Made by a program: the position numbers and the translations under genes | Origin: an uncultured Candidatus Saccharibacteria bacterium | Lineage (GTDB): Bacteria; Patescibacteriota; Saccharimonadia; Saccharimonadales; UBA10212 | Reading direction: 5' to 3' | Assembly (NCBI GenBank): GCA_964625245.1 | Contig: CAZVAN010000002.1 | Location: 1-56,856, forward strand | Length of the DNA stretch: 56,856 bases | Part shown: positions 46,731 through 54,648 of the stretch, in pieces | How the letters are laid out: each line of letters starts with the position of its first letter | Position numbering within the stretch: position 1 is the first letter of the stretch | Notes under the pieces: generated by a model | The model's database searches: none | Told to the model about the DNA's origin: nothing | Seen by the model: only the letters and a program-made list of their open reading frames with translations

Positions 46731-46744
46731 ATCTAAATTGTAGC

Positions 46745-47209
46745 TTAACTCTGCGCAGCTTGATCAAGCGCCGCCTGCAATGATTGCTGAAAACCAAAGC
46801 TGGTACTGGTAGCCCCCGACACAAAATCGATGTTTGAAGCGTTTTGTTTATCTATTGCGGTCTGCTTTAGAAGCGGTTTGGAGAAAGTGGTTACCTCCAC
46901 CGAGTGGTTCTGGTCGCTCGGCATCTGCAAAAATTTAACGTCGGTTATTTTACCTCCGCTTATAACTGCAGCTACCTGTACTGTTCCGTACGGCGTATCC
47001 GTAGCATCGCCCGTGTAGGTGCCGTCTTTATATGTAACAGGCGTATTTTGGCTGGCCGAAGTGACACTACCCGAACTATTTGTTTGAGTAGAAGCCGCTG
47101 AGGAAGCCGGCGTAGTTAGATGGAAGTTTGAAGACTTTTTATTATTGGAATAGAGAACCATGGCCCCTAATATGGCTACGGCAAGGATTATAATTACTGC
47201 TTTTTTCAT
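46745..47209 (-). CDS. Membrane-anchored FMN-binding domain protein with a flavinylation motif
   Basis: N-terminal TM helix, Ser/Thr linker, YKDGTYTG and DFVSGATSTS (DxxSGAT). Confidence 0.85.
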   Translation of the reverse strand: MKKAVIIILAVAILGAMVLYSNNKKSSNFHLTTPASSAASTQTNSSGSVTSASQNTPVTYKDGTYTGDATDTPYGTVQVAAVISGGKITDVKFLQMPSDQNHSVEVTTFSKPLLKQTAIDKQNASNIDFVSGATSTSFGFQQSLQAALDQAAQS

Positions 47210-47377
47210 TGACCTGCTCAGTTTACCAAACCATAACTGAATTTACGCTGAGCTTGTCTTTTAATTAATTGCTTGCTATTTTTTGCGCCGTAATTCAAAC
47301 CACAAGCTTTTTAACCTTTATGGGTGTATATTTAGCAATATAAACGAATAATCTGCCTAAAAACACTAGTCAACAAA

Positions 47378-48745
47378 ATGCCAACTAAAAAACCTCTTAT
47401 AAGTTCGCTGCGTAACCTGATGATTCAAGAGGTGCCGGCCTACGCCAATAAATTCTATTATTCGCTTGGTTTTCTATCTATGATTTCGTTTGTGCTGCTG
47501 CTGGCCACCGGGCTAGTTATGGTTTTTTACGGACCAGACTGGTGGTTAACAGATAGCGTTGGTAAATATGTTAGAAGTGTTCATCTATGGGCCACCCAAG
47601 CCTTTGTGCTCTTTATCTTGCTGCATTTGATGGTCGTTTTCTTTACTTCCGGGTTTCGAAAACCCAGGCGCACTACATGGGTACTTGGCTCCCTGATGTT
47701 CTTGTTTGTTATAGCCGAGGCCGAATTCGGCTATGTACTTAGGGATGATTTTTCTTCCCAGTGGCGAGCTCTTCAAGGCGCCGATTTTTATAATGGCAGC
47801 GGATTAGGTTGGTGGATCAACTCACTTAATTACCGTCAGATTTACGGAATCCATGTTGTCTTGATACCAGCCATTATTATCGGCCTGCTGTTCATGCACT
47901 ATCTTCTAGTTCGGGTACTGGGTATTGCTAAGCCTTACCGAAAAGACAAAATAGCAGCGACAGTTAAGGCTGACCACGGCAAACTTTTTGCCAGAGGCGG
48001 CGTGTTAGCAATTCTGATACTTATCCTGGCGGTTATCTTCCCATCACCGTTCCTTAAACCGACGACTACTAAAGAAATCGCTCAAAACGATCCCAAACTA
48101 ATGGGCCAAACCCTAGTAAAGGAATTTGACCATAGCAGCGATACGGCCGGCTATATGGACAGCATTCAACCCTATAAGTTTGACACCCGGGCGGTTTTCG
48201 TCGAGCAGCCGTACGCCCAGCTGGCGGCTCTACAAAGTTCGCCTAACTTCCTGACAAAATACAACTCTGAGCCTGCTAGTCTTCAGGCTTCGCAACTATC
48301 AGCTGCTCGGGATTACTTTGATAATACTTACCCTCATATAGATAAGACCGCCAACCCCCTAATAACAGCTGTCGGTTCTTTAATAGATATGGGGTCTGCC
48401 GGTTTTTACCAGCCTGCCCTGAATGCCGCCAATCCCGAAGGTGCTTATGCCACTCGCTTTTTGGCCGATACTGGCGTACTTGATGATCGAGCCCAGGCTC
48501 TGAACATCACTACCGAACAATATGGCATGCTACGCGAAGAGCAAGGCCGAATTCCACCCGGCGCCTGGTGGTTGGCACCAATCGGGCTGCTGAATCACAC
48601 AGTTTTAAGTAATGACGAAAATGGCGATCGGGATGGCGCCGCGATATTGGGCGGATTATTGCTACTACTTGTCGCCTTTCCGTTCATCCCAGGTCTAAAC
48701 AAGCTACCCGACAAACTTAAAATTTATAAGCTCATTTGGCGTTAG
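47378..48745 (+). CDS. Di-haem cytochrome b-like membrane protein with a large extra C-terminal region
   Basis: H-x13-H (HLWATQAFVLFILLH) and H-x14-H (HVVLIPAIIIGLLFMH) sit in predicted TM helices. About 200 further residues and a terminal TM helix follow. Confidence 0.7.
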   Translation: MPTKKPLISSLRNLMIQEVPAYANKFYYSLGFLSMISFVLLLATGLVMVFYGPDWWLTDSVGKYVRSVHLWATQAFVLFILLHLMVVFFTSGFRKPRRTTWVLGSLMFLFVIAEAEFGYVLRDDFSSQWRALQGADFYNGSGLGWWINSLNYRQIYGIHVVLIPAIIIGLLFMHYLLVRVLGIAKPYRKDKIAATVKADHGKLFARGGVLAILILILAVIFPSPFLKPTTTKEIAQNDPKLMGQTLVKEFDHSSDTAGYMDSIQPYKFDTRAVFVEQPYAQLAALQSSPNFLTKYNSEPASLQASQLSAARDYFDNTYPHIDKTANPLITAVGSLIDMGSAGFYQPALNAANPEGAYATRFLADTGVLDDRAQALNITTEQYGMLREEQGRIPPGAWWLAPIGLLNHTVLSNDENGDRDGAAILGGLLLLLVAFPFIPGLNKLPDKLKIYKLIWR

Positions 48746-48835
48746 TCAGTTCCGGCCATTCTATCTTTATAGTTTGTGCCGAGGTTGCTTAAGTTGAACG
48801 TTGCCTATTAACACTAATAAGACTAGGCTTAGTCG

Positions 48836-49234
48836 GTGCAGGTAAAGGTACTAATAGTTGACGATGACGATTACATGGTCCGCCTCTATAGGCGTCTATT
48901 TGAGTATGAAGATTTTGTGGTCTTTGTTGCTCAGGATGGACAGGCTGCTATCGAGCTAGTCAATGAGCTGCAACCCAACCTTATAATGTTAGATATCATG
49001 ATGCCGGTTATGAACGGTCTGGAGGCTCTTGAGATATTAAAGGGAGCGAAGCTCACCAAGGAAATCCCTATAGTAATGCTCACCAATCTGAACGACGCCG
49101 CCAATATTGAAAAAGCCAAGGCACTTGGAGCTGACGATTACCTACTTAAAAGCAACTTTGAAGGGGATTACATCATGGGCGTGGTTCGCAAATATATTCC
49201 GAGCCCTGCCCCGTTACCTTTGATAGGACGTTAG
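48836..49234 (+). CDS. Stand-alone response-regulator receiver domain (CheY-like)
   Basis: DDDD acidic pocket, LDIMMP phospho-Asp and a conserved Lys in DDYLLK. GTG start. No kinase gene is nearby. Confidence 0.85.
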   Translation: MQVKVLIVDDDDYMVRLYRRLFEYEDFVVFVAQDGQAAIELVNELQPNLIMLDIMMPVMNGLEALEILKGAKLTKEIPIVMLTNLNDAANIEKAKALGADDYLLKSNFEGDYIMGVVRKYIPSPAPLPLIGR

Positions 49235-50412
49235 CCGACGCGGTAGTCGTCCGGCAGCATGGTAATGGCGTAGCCAACTTCATTAACCCGGCCGGCCCGG
49301 CCAATACGGTGAACATAATCTTCGTAGCTTTGAGGCACGTCGAAATTAATTACGTGGGTGATGCCAACTACGTCTATGCCCCTAGCCGCTACATCGGTAG
49401 CTACCAAGATGTTAGAGCGGTCTTCGCGGAAAGTATCCAGCGCCCGTTTGCGTTGGCCTTGATTTTTGCCGCCGTGCAAAGATACGCTTTTAAAACCACG
49501 CTCGTTGAGTTCTTTGCTTAGCCGCTCCACCCCGTATTTTGTACCACCAAAAATCAAAACTTTCTTAACTTCTGGCTTAATCAAGATATCGTGCAGTTTA
49601 TCAAGCCGTCCGGTTTTGCCGGAATAATGGACTACCGCCTGGTGGACATTTTCGCTGGTTTCGCCTACTTTGACATTGATAGTCACTGGTTCGTGAGTAA
49701 AACTCTGGATAAGGCGGTTAATCTCCGGACTGAGTGTGGCGCTGAAGAAGAACGATTGCTTATTTGCCGGCATTTTCTCGAGTATGAAGCTGACATCGTT
49801 GATGAAGCCCATATCCAGCATGCGATCTACTTCATCCAGAACTACCATACCGCAGTTCCCCAGATGTAACGTGCCTTGGCGCAAATGGTCTTTGATACGC
49901 CCCGGCGTACCTATAATGACTCGGGCGCCGTTTTTTAAATCACGAATCTGCTTGCTCAGCGGCATACCGCCAATCAGCAGCGCGCCAGTAAGGCCGGAAT
50001 TGCGGGCAATTAGTCGGCACTGCTCCTCTATCTGGATTGCCAGCTCGCGGGTTGGCGCAATAATCAGCGCCTGACCACCGCCATGCAGTAACCTATTAAG
50101 AATCGGCAGCGCAAAAGCCGCCGTTTTGCCAGTACCAGTGTTGGCGATACCAATAACGTCACTGCCGGCCAGGCCGTGCGGAATTGTTTTGTCTTGAATT
50201 TCAGACGGTGTTTTATAGCCTTTGGCAGCAATATTATTTTTTAGAAGCGGGTGTATAGCAAAGCTAGAGAACTGGTTGTCGGCTACGTAGTCGCTGGCCT
50301 CTACCGGGTTGGCTTCTTTGACGAATCGGCTGGGGTGAATGGTTGACTTTGCACCACGCGGCTGACGCCTGGTTTGGGGCCGCGGTTTTCGGTTAAATGT
50401 ATAGTTTGGCAT
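49231..50412 (-). CDS. DEAD-box RNA helicase (motif II reads DEVD)
   Basis: Q motif, TGTGKT, PTRELA, DEVD, SAT and HRIGRAGR. Confidence 0.9.
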   Translation of the reverse strand: MPNYTFNRKPRPQTRRQPRGAKSTIHPSRFVKEANPVEASDYVADNQFSSFAIHPLLKNNIAAKGYKTPSEIQDKTIPHGLAGSDVIGIANTGTGKTAAFALPILNRLLHGGGQALIIAPTRELAIQIEEQCRLIARNSGLTGALLIGGMPLSKQIRDLKNGARVIIGTPGRIKDHLRQGTLHLGNCGMVVLDEVDRMLDMGFINDVSFILEKMPANKQSFFFSATLSPEINRLIQSFTHEPVTINVKVGETSENVHQAVVHYSGKTGRLDKLHDILIKPEVKKVLIFGGTKYGVERLSKELNERGFKSVSLHGGKNQGQRKRALDTFREDRSNILVATDVAARGIDVVGITHVINFDVPQSYEDYVHRIGRAGRVNEVGYAITMLPDDYRVG

Positions 50413-50523
50413 AAAAAAATAGATCCTTATTGGTTAGTTGGTTAACTCTGGTTACTACTTGCTTGAATGAAACCTGAGTATTAACGCTTAACTAAACCCG
50501 GATCCATTTGTAACAGTAACTAT

Positions 50524-50553
50524 ATTTTAGCATAAGTAAAATTATTTGTCCAA
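50524..50553 (-). promoter_or_regulatory. Candidate promoter of the helicase gene (TTGGAC-18-TAAAAT)
   Basis: Minus strand. It would give a leader of about 105 nt. Confidence 0.35.
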
Positions 50554-50659
50554 CTATGGTGGGGTTTTGTACCCCGGTTTCTGCTAGTTGAAAATTTTAC
50601 TACAAGAATTTCTATATTTTTATCTGTAAACCACATAAGCGTAATGGTGTAAAAAATAC

Positions 50660-50688
50660 TTGACAAGCTATGGCAATTGGAATATCAT
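50660..50688 (+). promoter_or_regulatory. Near-consensus sigma70-type promoter (TTGACA-17-TATCAT)
   Basis: Exact TTGACA at 50660-50665, a 17-nt spacer, and TATCAT at 50683-50688. No plus-strand CDS lies downstream. Confidence 0.55.
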
Positions 50689-50694
50689 GAGAGT

Positions 50695-50775
50695 AACCAT
50701 CGTGAGGTGGCTAGGTCAAGTGCCTACTTGTAGGTAACTAACCGAGCAAAGAGGACTTCTTCGGAAGTCCTTTTT
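50695..50775 (+). ncRNA. Candidate ~80-nt small RNA (promoter to intrinsic terminator)
   Basis: It contains hairpin ccauc-GUGA-ggugg, hairpin ugccua-cuug-uaggua, and terminator aggacuuc-uucg-gaaguccu + UUUUU (50752-50775). There is no ORF. Confidence 0.5.
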
Positions 50776-50811
50776 GCTTGCCGCCATATATTTTGCACTG
50801 ATACAGAGGTG

Positions 50812-51924
50812 TTATTTTGAAATTTGTTCCCAAGGCAGGCTGGACTTGCCGAAATGGCCGTAGGCCGAGGTCTGCGAGTAAATTGGACGGCGCAGGTTTA
50901 ACTTGTCAATAATGCCTTTAACGGACGTGTCTATTAACTTATCTTTAAAGTCCTCTAGCTCCTTCTCGCTGACTGTGGCCGTTCCGAATGTATCAATGGT
51001 TTGCATCAGAGGCAGCGGTTGCCCAATCACGTAGGCTAGGCCTACTTCGCACTTGCTGGCCAAGCCGGCAGCCACAATATTTTTGGCAATATAGCGGGCG
51101 GCGTAGGCACCGCTTCTGTCCACTTTGCTGGGGTCTTTGCCGGAAAATGCTCCGCCGCCAACGCGGGCATAACCGCCGTAGGTATCAACCACAATTTTGC
51201 GCCCCGTCAGCCCGGCGTCGCTCTCCGGACCAGGAATGTGCCAGAGTCCCGTACCATTTACTGTTATGGCCTTGGCCACCGGCAGTTTAAATTTGAATTT
51301 TTCAAATACCGGAGTAAATATGGTCTTTATAACGTCTTGCTTTACCTGCTCAGCGGAAGTTTGTTCATCGTGAGCCACGGCGGCTACCAGTTTCTCGACT
51401 GCTACCGGCTTACCGTCTTCGTAGCGCACGGTAACTTGGGCTTTGCCATCCGGGCGGAGCCACTTTAGCTGACCCTTATTCCGGGCTTCGTCAATCCGGG
51501 CGGCGATGGCGTGAGCCAGAGCAATAGGTAGTGGCATTAGCTCTGTGGTTTCATTGCAGGCAAAGCCAAACATCATGCCTTGGTCGCCGGCGCCATCGGC
51601 ATCAACGCCCATAGAAATTTCCGGCGATTGTTCATGAATATCATTGCTAAATGCCGATTCCTGGCTAAAGCCCCAAGCCGGGATGTTATAGCCCAGTTCT
51701 TCAACTTTACTTCGCACAATTGACTCATAATCCAGCTTGGCGGAAGTTTTTATTTCCCCGAACAGAGCAATCTGGTTAGCCCCGGCCACAGTTTCTAGGC
51801 CTGTACGGCTAAGCGGATCTTGCTTGAGCGCAGCATCCAGGATGGCGTCGGATATGGCGTCACAAATTTTATCCGGGTGGCCGGCACAAACACTCTCTGA
51901 GGTGAAGAACGTTATTTTGGGCAT
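50812..51924 (-). CDS. metK: S-adenosylmethionine synthetase
   Basis: Starts MPKITFFTSESV..GHPDK, with GAGDQG and GGGAFSGKD. The longer track ORF to 51969 runs into the riboswitch. Confidence 0.95.
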   Translation of the reverse strand: MPKITFFTSESVCAGHPDKICDAISDAILDAALKQDPLSRTGLETVAGANQIALFGEIKTSAKLDYESIVRSKVEELGYNIPAWGFSQESAFSNDIHEQSPEISMGVDADGAGDQGMMFGFACNETTELMPLPIALAHAIAARIDEARNKGQLKWLRPDGKAQVTVRYEDGKPVAVEKLVAAVAHDEQTSAEQVKQDVIKTIFTPVFEKFKFKLPVAKAITVNGTGLWHIPGPESDAGLTGRKIVVDTYGGYARVGGGAFSGKDPSKVDRSGAYAARYIAKNIVAAGLASKCEVGLAYVIGQPLPLMQTIDTFGTATVSEKELEDFKDKLIDTSVKGIIDKLNLRRPIYSQTSAYGHFGKSSLPWEQISK

Positions 51925-52066
51925 AAAAAAATCCTTTCTTAACAAGGAAAGGACTGCATTCTCACGCATATCTTTCCCTTGCGGGCGAGACTTGGCACCT
52001 TGCTTATGTAATAGGTAGGTTGTCGGCAGCTTAACGGGCTCGATCCCTAGCTGCTCTCTTGATATT
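51925..52066 (-). promoter_or_regulatory. SAM-I (S-box) riboswitch with terminator expression platform
   Basis: On the minus strand the aptamer 51968-52066 reads AUAUCAAGAGAGCAGCUAGGGAUCGAGCCCGUUAAGCUGCCGACAACC...GGUGCCAAGUC...GAUAU. The terminator is uccuuuc/gaaagga + U7 (51925-51953). Confidence 0.85.
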
Positions 52067-52114
52067 TAAATTAAATTGTTAACGACGTTATTGTACCACG
52101 GCCCTTTTTCTCTA

Positions 52115-52147
52115 GTGCTTATTTTGAGTCTGCTTATGCTTGCAAAA
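52115..52147 (+). repeat. Array junction repeat J1 (core GCTTATTTTGAG + TCTGCTTATGCTTGCAAAA)
   Basis: 52117-52147 is identical over 31 nt to 53064-53094. Confidence 0.9.
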
Positions 52148-52174
52148 TGATTTTTTTGTAGTCAAGATTATTTA

Positions 52175-53047
52175 ATGCCTGAGATACAACGTCCAAGTGT
52201 AGGCGCGGGCCAACCGGAAACAAATTTGCCGGTAGACCTCTCTACTCTAGTTTTTGGTACTGCCCGCTATGGTGCCGCCAAAGTGGATGGTATCATCGTG
52301 CCAACCCCCGGTCCACATGATGACCAAGTACGTCTTATCCAGGAGGCAGTAAGCCTGGGGTATAACTTTTTTGATACGGCACAGGGCTACGGTGATTCCG
52401 AAGTGGTTGTTGGCCAGGCGCTGAGCGGACACTTGCGGGATGAGGTATTTATTGCCACCAAAGTCGGGATGCAACCTGATTCAGATATAGACACCTCAAT
52501 TGCAAAAAGCGTAGATCGGCTCGGCACCGAACCCGATGTACTTTATATACATAACCGCTGGGATGGGATTTTGGATGGCTCGATGGATGACTGCTTGGAA
52601 GCGGTGGACAATGCCATAGATGCCGGTCTGGCTGGTCATATCGGCATCAGTAATTTTAGATTAGATGAGCTTAATTACGCGCTCGGTTCCCTGCGCAACC
52701 CAGTTTTGTTTTATCAAGCCAAGGTTAACTTGCACGCCCCTCGACCCGATGCGGCTGAACTGTTTGAACTCTGCCAGGCAGAGAGAATTCAGTTTACAGC
52801 CTCCTCGACTCTGGACCGCGGCGGTGTATTTGAAGTTGATAATCCAGCACTTGTAGAAATGACTAGGCGCTACGATCTAACACTAGCCCAGCTAGCAATC
52901 CTGGGAGTCAGTTCGCTTGGCATTCTGCCAGTGGTCCAGACGCATAATTTAGAGCATATGGCCGAAAATATGCGTAGCCTAAACACCGAACTAGACAAAC
53001 AAGATGAGCAATACCTAGCCGATATTCTTCTAAGCAGAACCAGCTAG
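52175..53047 (+). CDS. Aldo/keto reductase
   Basis: GYNFFDTAQGYGDSE and the AKR fold pattern. Confidence 0.85.
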   Translation: MPEIQRPSVGAGQPETNLPVDLSTLVFGTARYGAAKVDGIIVPTPGPHDDQVRLIQEAVSLGYNFFDTAQGYGDSEVVVGQALSGHLRDEVFIATKVGMQPDSDIDTSIAKSVDRLGTEPDVLYIHNRWDGILDGSMDDCLEAVDNAIDAGLAGHIGISNFRLDELNYALGSLRNPVLFYQAKVNLHAPRPDAAELFELCQAERIQFTASSTLDRGGVFEVDNPALVEMTRRYDLTLAQLAILGVSSLGILPVVQTHNLEHMAENMRSLNTELDKQDEQYLADILLSRTS

Positions 53048-53057
53048 ACCAAAATTA

Positions 53058-53094
53058 CCGCTCGCTTATTTTGAGTCTGCTTATGCTTGCAAAA
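53058..53094 (+). repeat. Array junction repeat J2
   Basis: ccgctcGCTTATTTTGAGTCTGCTTATGCTTGCAAAA. Confidence 0.9.
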
Positions 53095-53120
53095 AACTGG
53101 CTCTGATTCAGAATATAATA

Positions 53121-53651
53121 ATGCCTAAACCAGAATTTACTATTGAAAGATTGACCGCTTACTCCCCGGCTGATGCCGCAGAACTGGGAATATTACTGCA
53201 CTATGAAAGTCCAAGCCGCCCATCATCACCACTACCGGAGCGAGTAATGCGTGATGCCGTAGACGATCCGGACGACAGAACTATAATTGTGGCCCGTGAG
53301 GCTCTCAGCTACCGGATTGTAGGTTCGGAGAGTCTCAACCTCATAAAAAGTCCTGACGTGGGCGAGGCCGGAATTGGCCGAATTGCGTGGCTTGGTTTTG
53401 TGTGCACCCATCCGTCATACAGGAATCGGGGCATTTATAGCAGGGTTTGGCGGGCCGGTCTTGAATGGTGTGCTGAGCGCGAAGCCGCAACCCTAGATTT
53501 TACTTCAAACCCCAACGCCCCCGATGGCCTTCGGGATGATGCAATTGGTTTTTATGAATCCCACGGCGCAGTCCGGCTTAACACCAATCCCTACAAGCTT
53601 AAAATTAAAGAGGCTCTGGAAGCCGAGCGCCAAGCAGATTCGTCGACCTAA
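53121..53651 (+). CDS. GNAT family N-acetyltransferase
   Basis: WLGFVCTHPSYRNRGIYSRVW is an acetyl-CoA binding motif. Confidence 0.8.
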   Translation: MPKPEFTIERLTAYSPADAAELGILLHYESPSRPSSPLPERVMRDAVDDPDDRTIIVAREALSYRIVGSESLNLIKSPDVGEAGIGRIAWLGFVCTHPSYRNRGIYSRVWRAGLEWCAEREAATLDFTSNPNAPDGLRDDAIGFYESHGAVRLNTNPYKLKIKEALEAERQADSST

Positions 53652-53669
53652 CTGCCCGCATATTTTGAG
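53646..53669 (+). repeat. Array junction repeat J3 (includes the GNAT ACC-TAA stop)
   Basis: ACCTAACTGCCCGCATATTTTGAG, directly followed by gg-TATAAT. Confidence 0.85.
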
Positions 53670-53684
53670 GGTATAATTTAACGG

Positions 53685-54203
53685 ATGAAATATGTAGCAC
53701 TTCTGCGCGGCATCGGCCCTGGCAACCCCAACATGCACGGCTCTAAGCTGAAGAGTGTTCTTGAAGATTTGGGATTCAGTAATGTAGCGCCTGTTATCTC
53801 TAGCGGTAATGTAGTTTTTGAATCCGACTCGAAAGATATCGCCAAATTAGAAGATGTTATTCAGCAGTCATGGCCTAAAAAACTAGGCTTCAACAGTGCC
53901 ACGATTGTGCGCAGCCGCGAGCAGCTGCAAGCCCTGGTAGATAAAAACCCCTACGGAAGTGCCGACCACAACAGGCAATCTTATTTGCTGGTAACTTTCT
54001 TTAAGCATCCGCCCGACCGTGCCATAACCAGCCAACCCAACTTCTATACAGGCACCGGCGTTAATGCCCTATGCAGCACCATTGATACCACTGCGTCCAA
54101 GACACCCGATTTTATGTCCAAACTGGAAAGGCAATTCGGCAAAGATATTACTTCGCGTACATGGCTGACAATTCAGCGAATCCTCGCCAAGATGGAGCGG
54201 TAA
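53685..54203 (+). CDS. DUF1697 family protein
   Basis: MKYVALLRGIGPGN...L...GF.NV...ISSGNVVFES. Confidence 0.8.
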   Translation: MKYVALLRGIGPGNPNMHGSKLKSVLEDLGFSNVAPVISSGNVVFESDSKDIAKLEDVIQQSWPKKLGFNSATIVRSREQLQALVDKNPYGSADHNRQSYLLVTFFKHPPDRAITSQPNFYTGTGVNALCSTIDTTASKTPDFMSKLERQFGKDITSRTWLTIQRILAKMER

Positions 54204-54221
54204 CCGCCCGCTTATTTTGAA
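54201..54221 (+). repeat. Array junction repeat J4 (includes the TAA stop)
   Basis: TAACCGCCCGCTTATTTTGAa. Confidence 0.85.
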
Positions 54222-54366
54222 CGGGGGCTAAAGGTGTTAAAATTAGCTTAACGCGGCAAGTCACTTAGAAATGCTATGCGCCTTCCGTTTTGGCGAACAA
54301 TCGTAGCAGCGACACGAAAAGCCGCAACTAAGCGGATCTTTAACAAATTTAAAGAAAGGATTCGTT

Positions 54367-54537
54367 ATGGCAAAGGATGTTAATCCGGAGCATGCCAAAT
54401 ACTACGAAGACCACATGAAGCACTGGCGTTCATGGGGTTCGTGGTTTAGTTGGGGATCACCAGTCGGACTGGGACTGTTCTTTATTGCAGTCTGTTTTTC
54501 GATTTGGCTGCTGGGCAAAACCTTCAACTGGGGTTAA
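54367..54537 (+). CDS. Small (56 aa) Trp-rich membrane protein
   Basis: Manual ORF MAKDVNPEHAKYYEDHMKHWRSWGSWFSWGSPVGLGLFFIAVCFSIWLLGKTFNWG. AAGGA SD 7 nt upstream and a terminator downstream. Confidence 0.55.
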   Translation: MAKDVNPEHAKYYEDHMKHWRSWGSWFSWGSPVGLGLFFIAVCFSIWLLGKTFNWG

Positions 54538-54550
54538 TCCCAAGCAAAAG

Positions 54551-54585
54551 CAGCGCGGCTGGCAAGAACCAACGCGCTGTTTTTA
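54551..54585 (+). terminator. Intrinsic terminator
   Basis: Stem cagcgcg/cgcgctg with a 15-nt loop, followed by TTTTT. Confidence 0.65.
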
Positions 54586-54587
54586 TT

Positions 54588-54603
54588 CCTCGCTTATTTT
54601 GAG
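54588..54603 (+). repeat. Array junction repeat J5
   Basis: cctcGCTTATTTTGAG. Confidence 0.8.
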
Positions 54604-54648
54604 CGGCGTAGACTATAAATAAGTCTAATTTATGTTATAGTATGCTCC

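Noticed and set aside
50695-50775. Identity of the small RNA candidate as SRP (4.5S) RNA
   Set aside because: AGGUCA resembles part of SRP helix 8. But the conserved GGAA/GNRA-capped helix with the AGCA symmetric-loop partner is missing, and the RNA folds into several short hairpins rather than one long helix.
54204-54228. Junction repeat read as the 3' half of an intrinsic terminator (GC-rich CCGCCCGC followed by TTATTTT)
   Set aside because: No complementary 5' arm precedes the GC-rich segment in any copy. Only weak 3-4-bp pairings across the T-rich core (cgc...gcg) are possible, and these are not conserved in J1 and J2.
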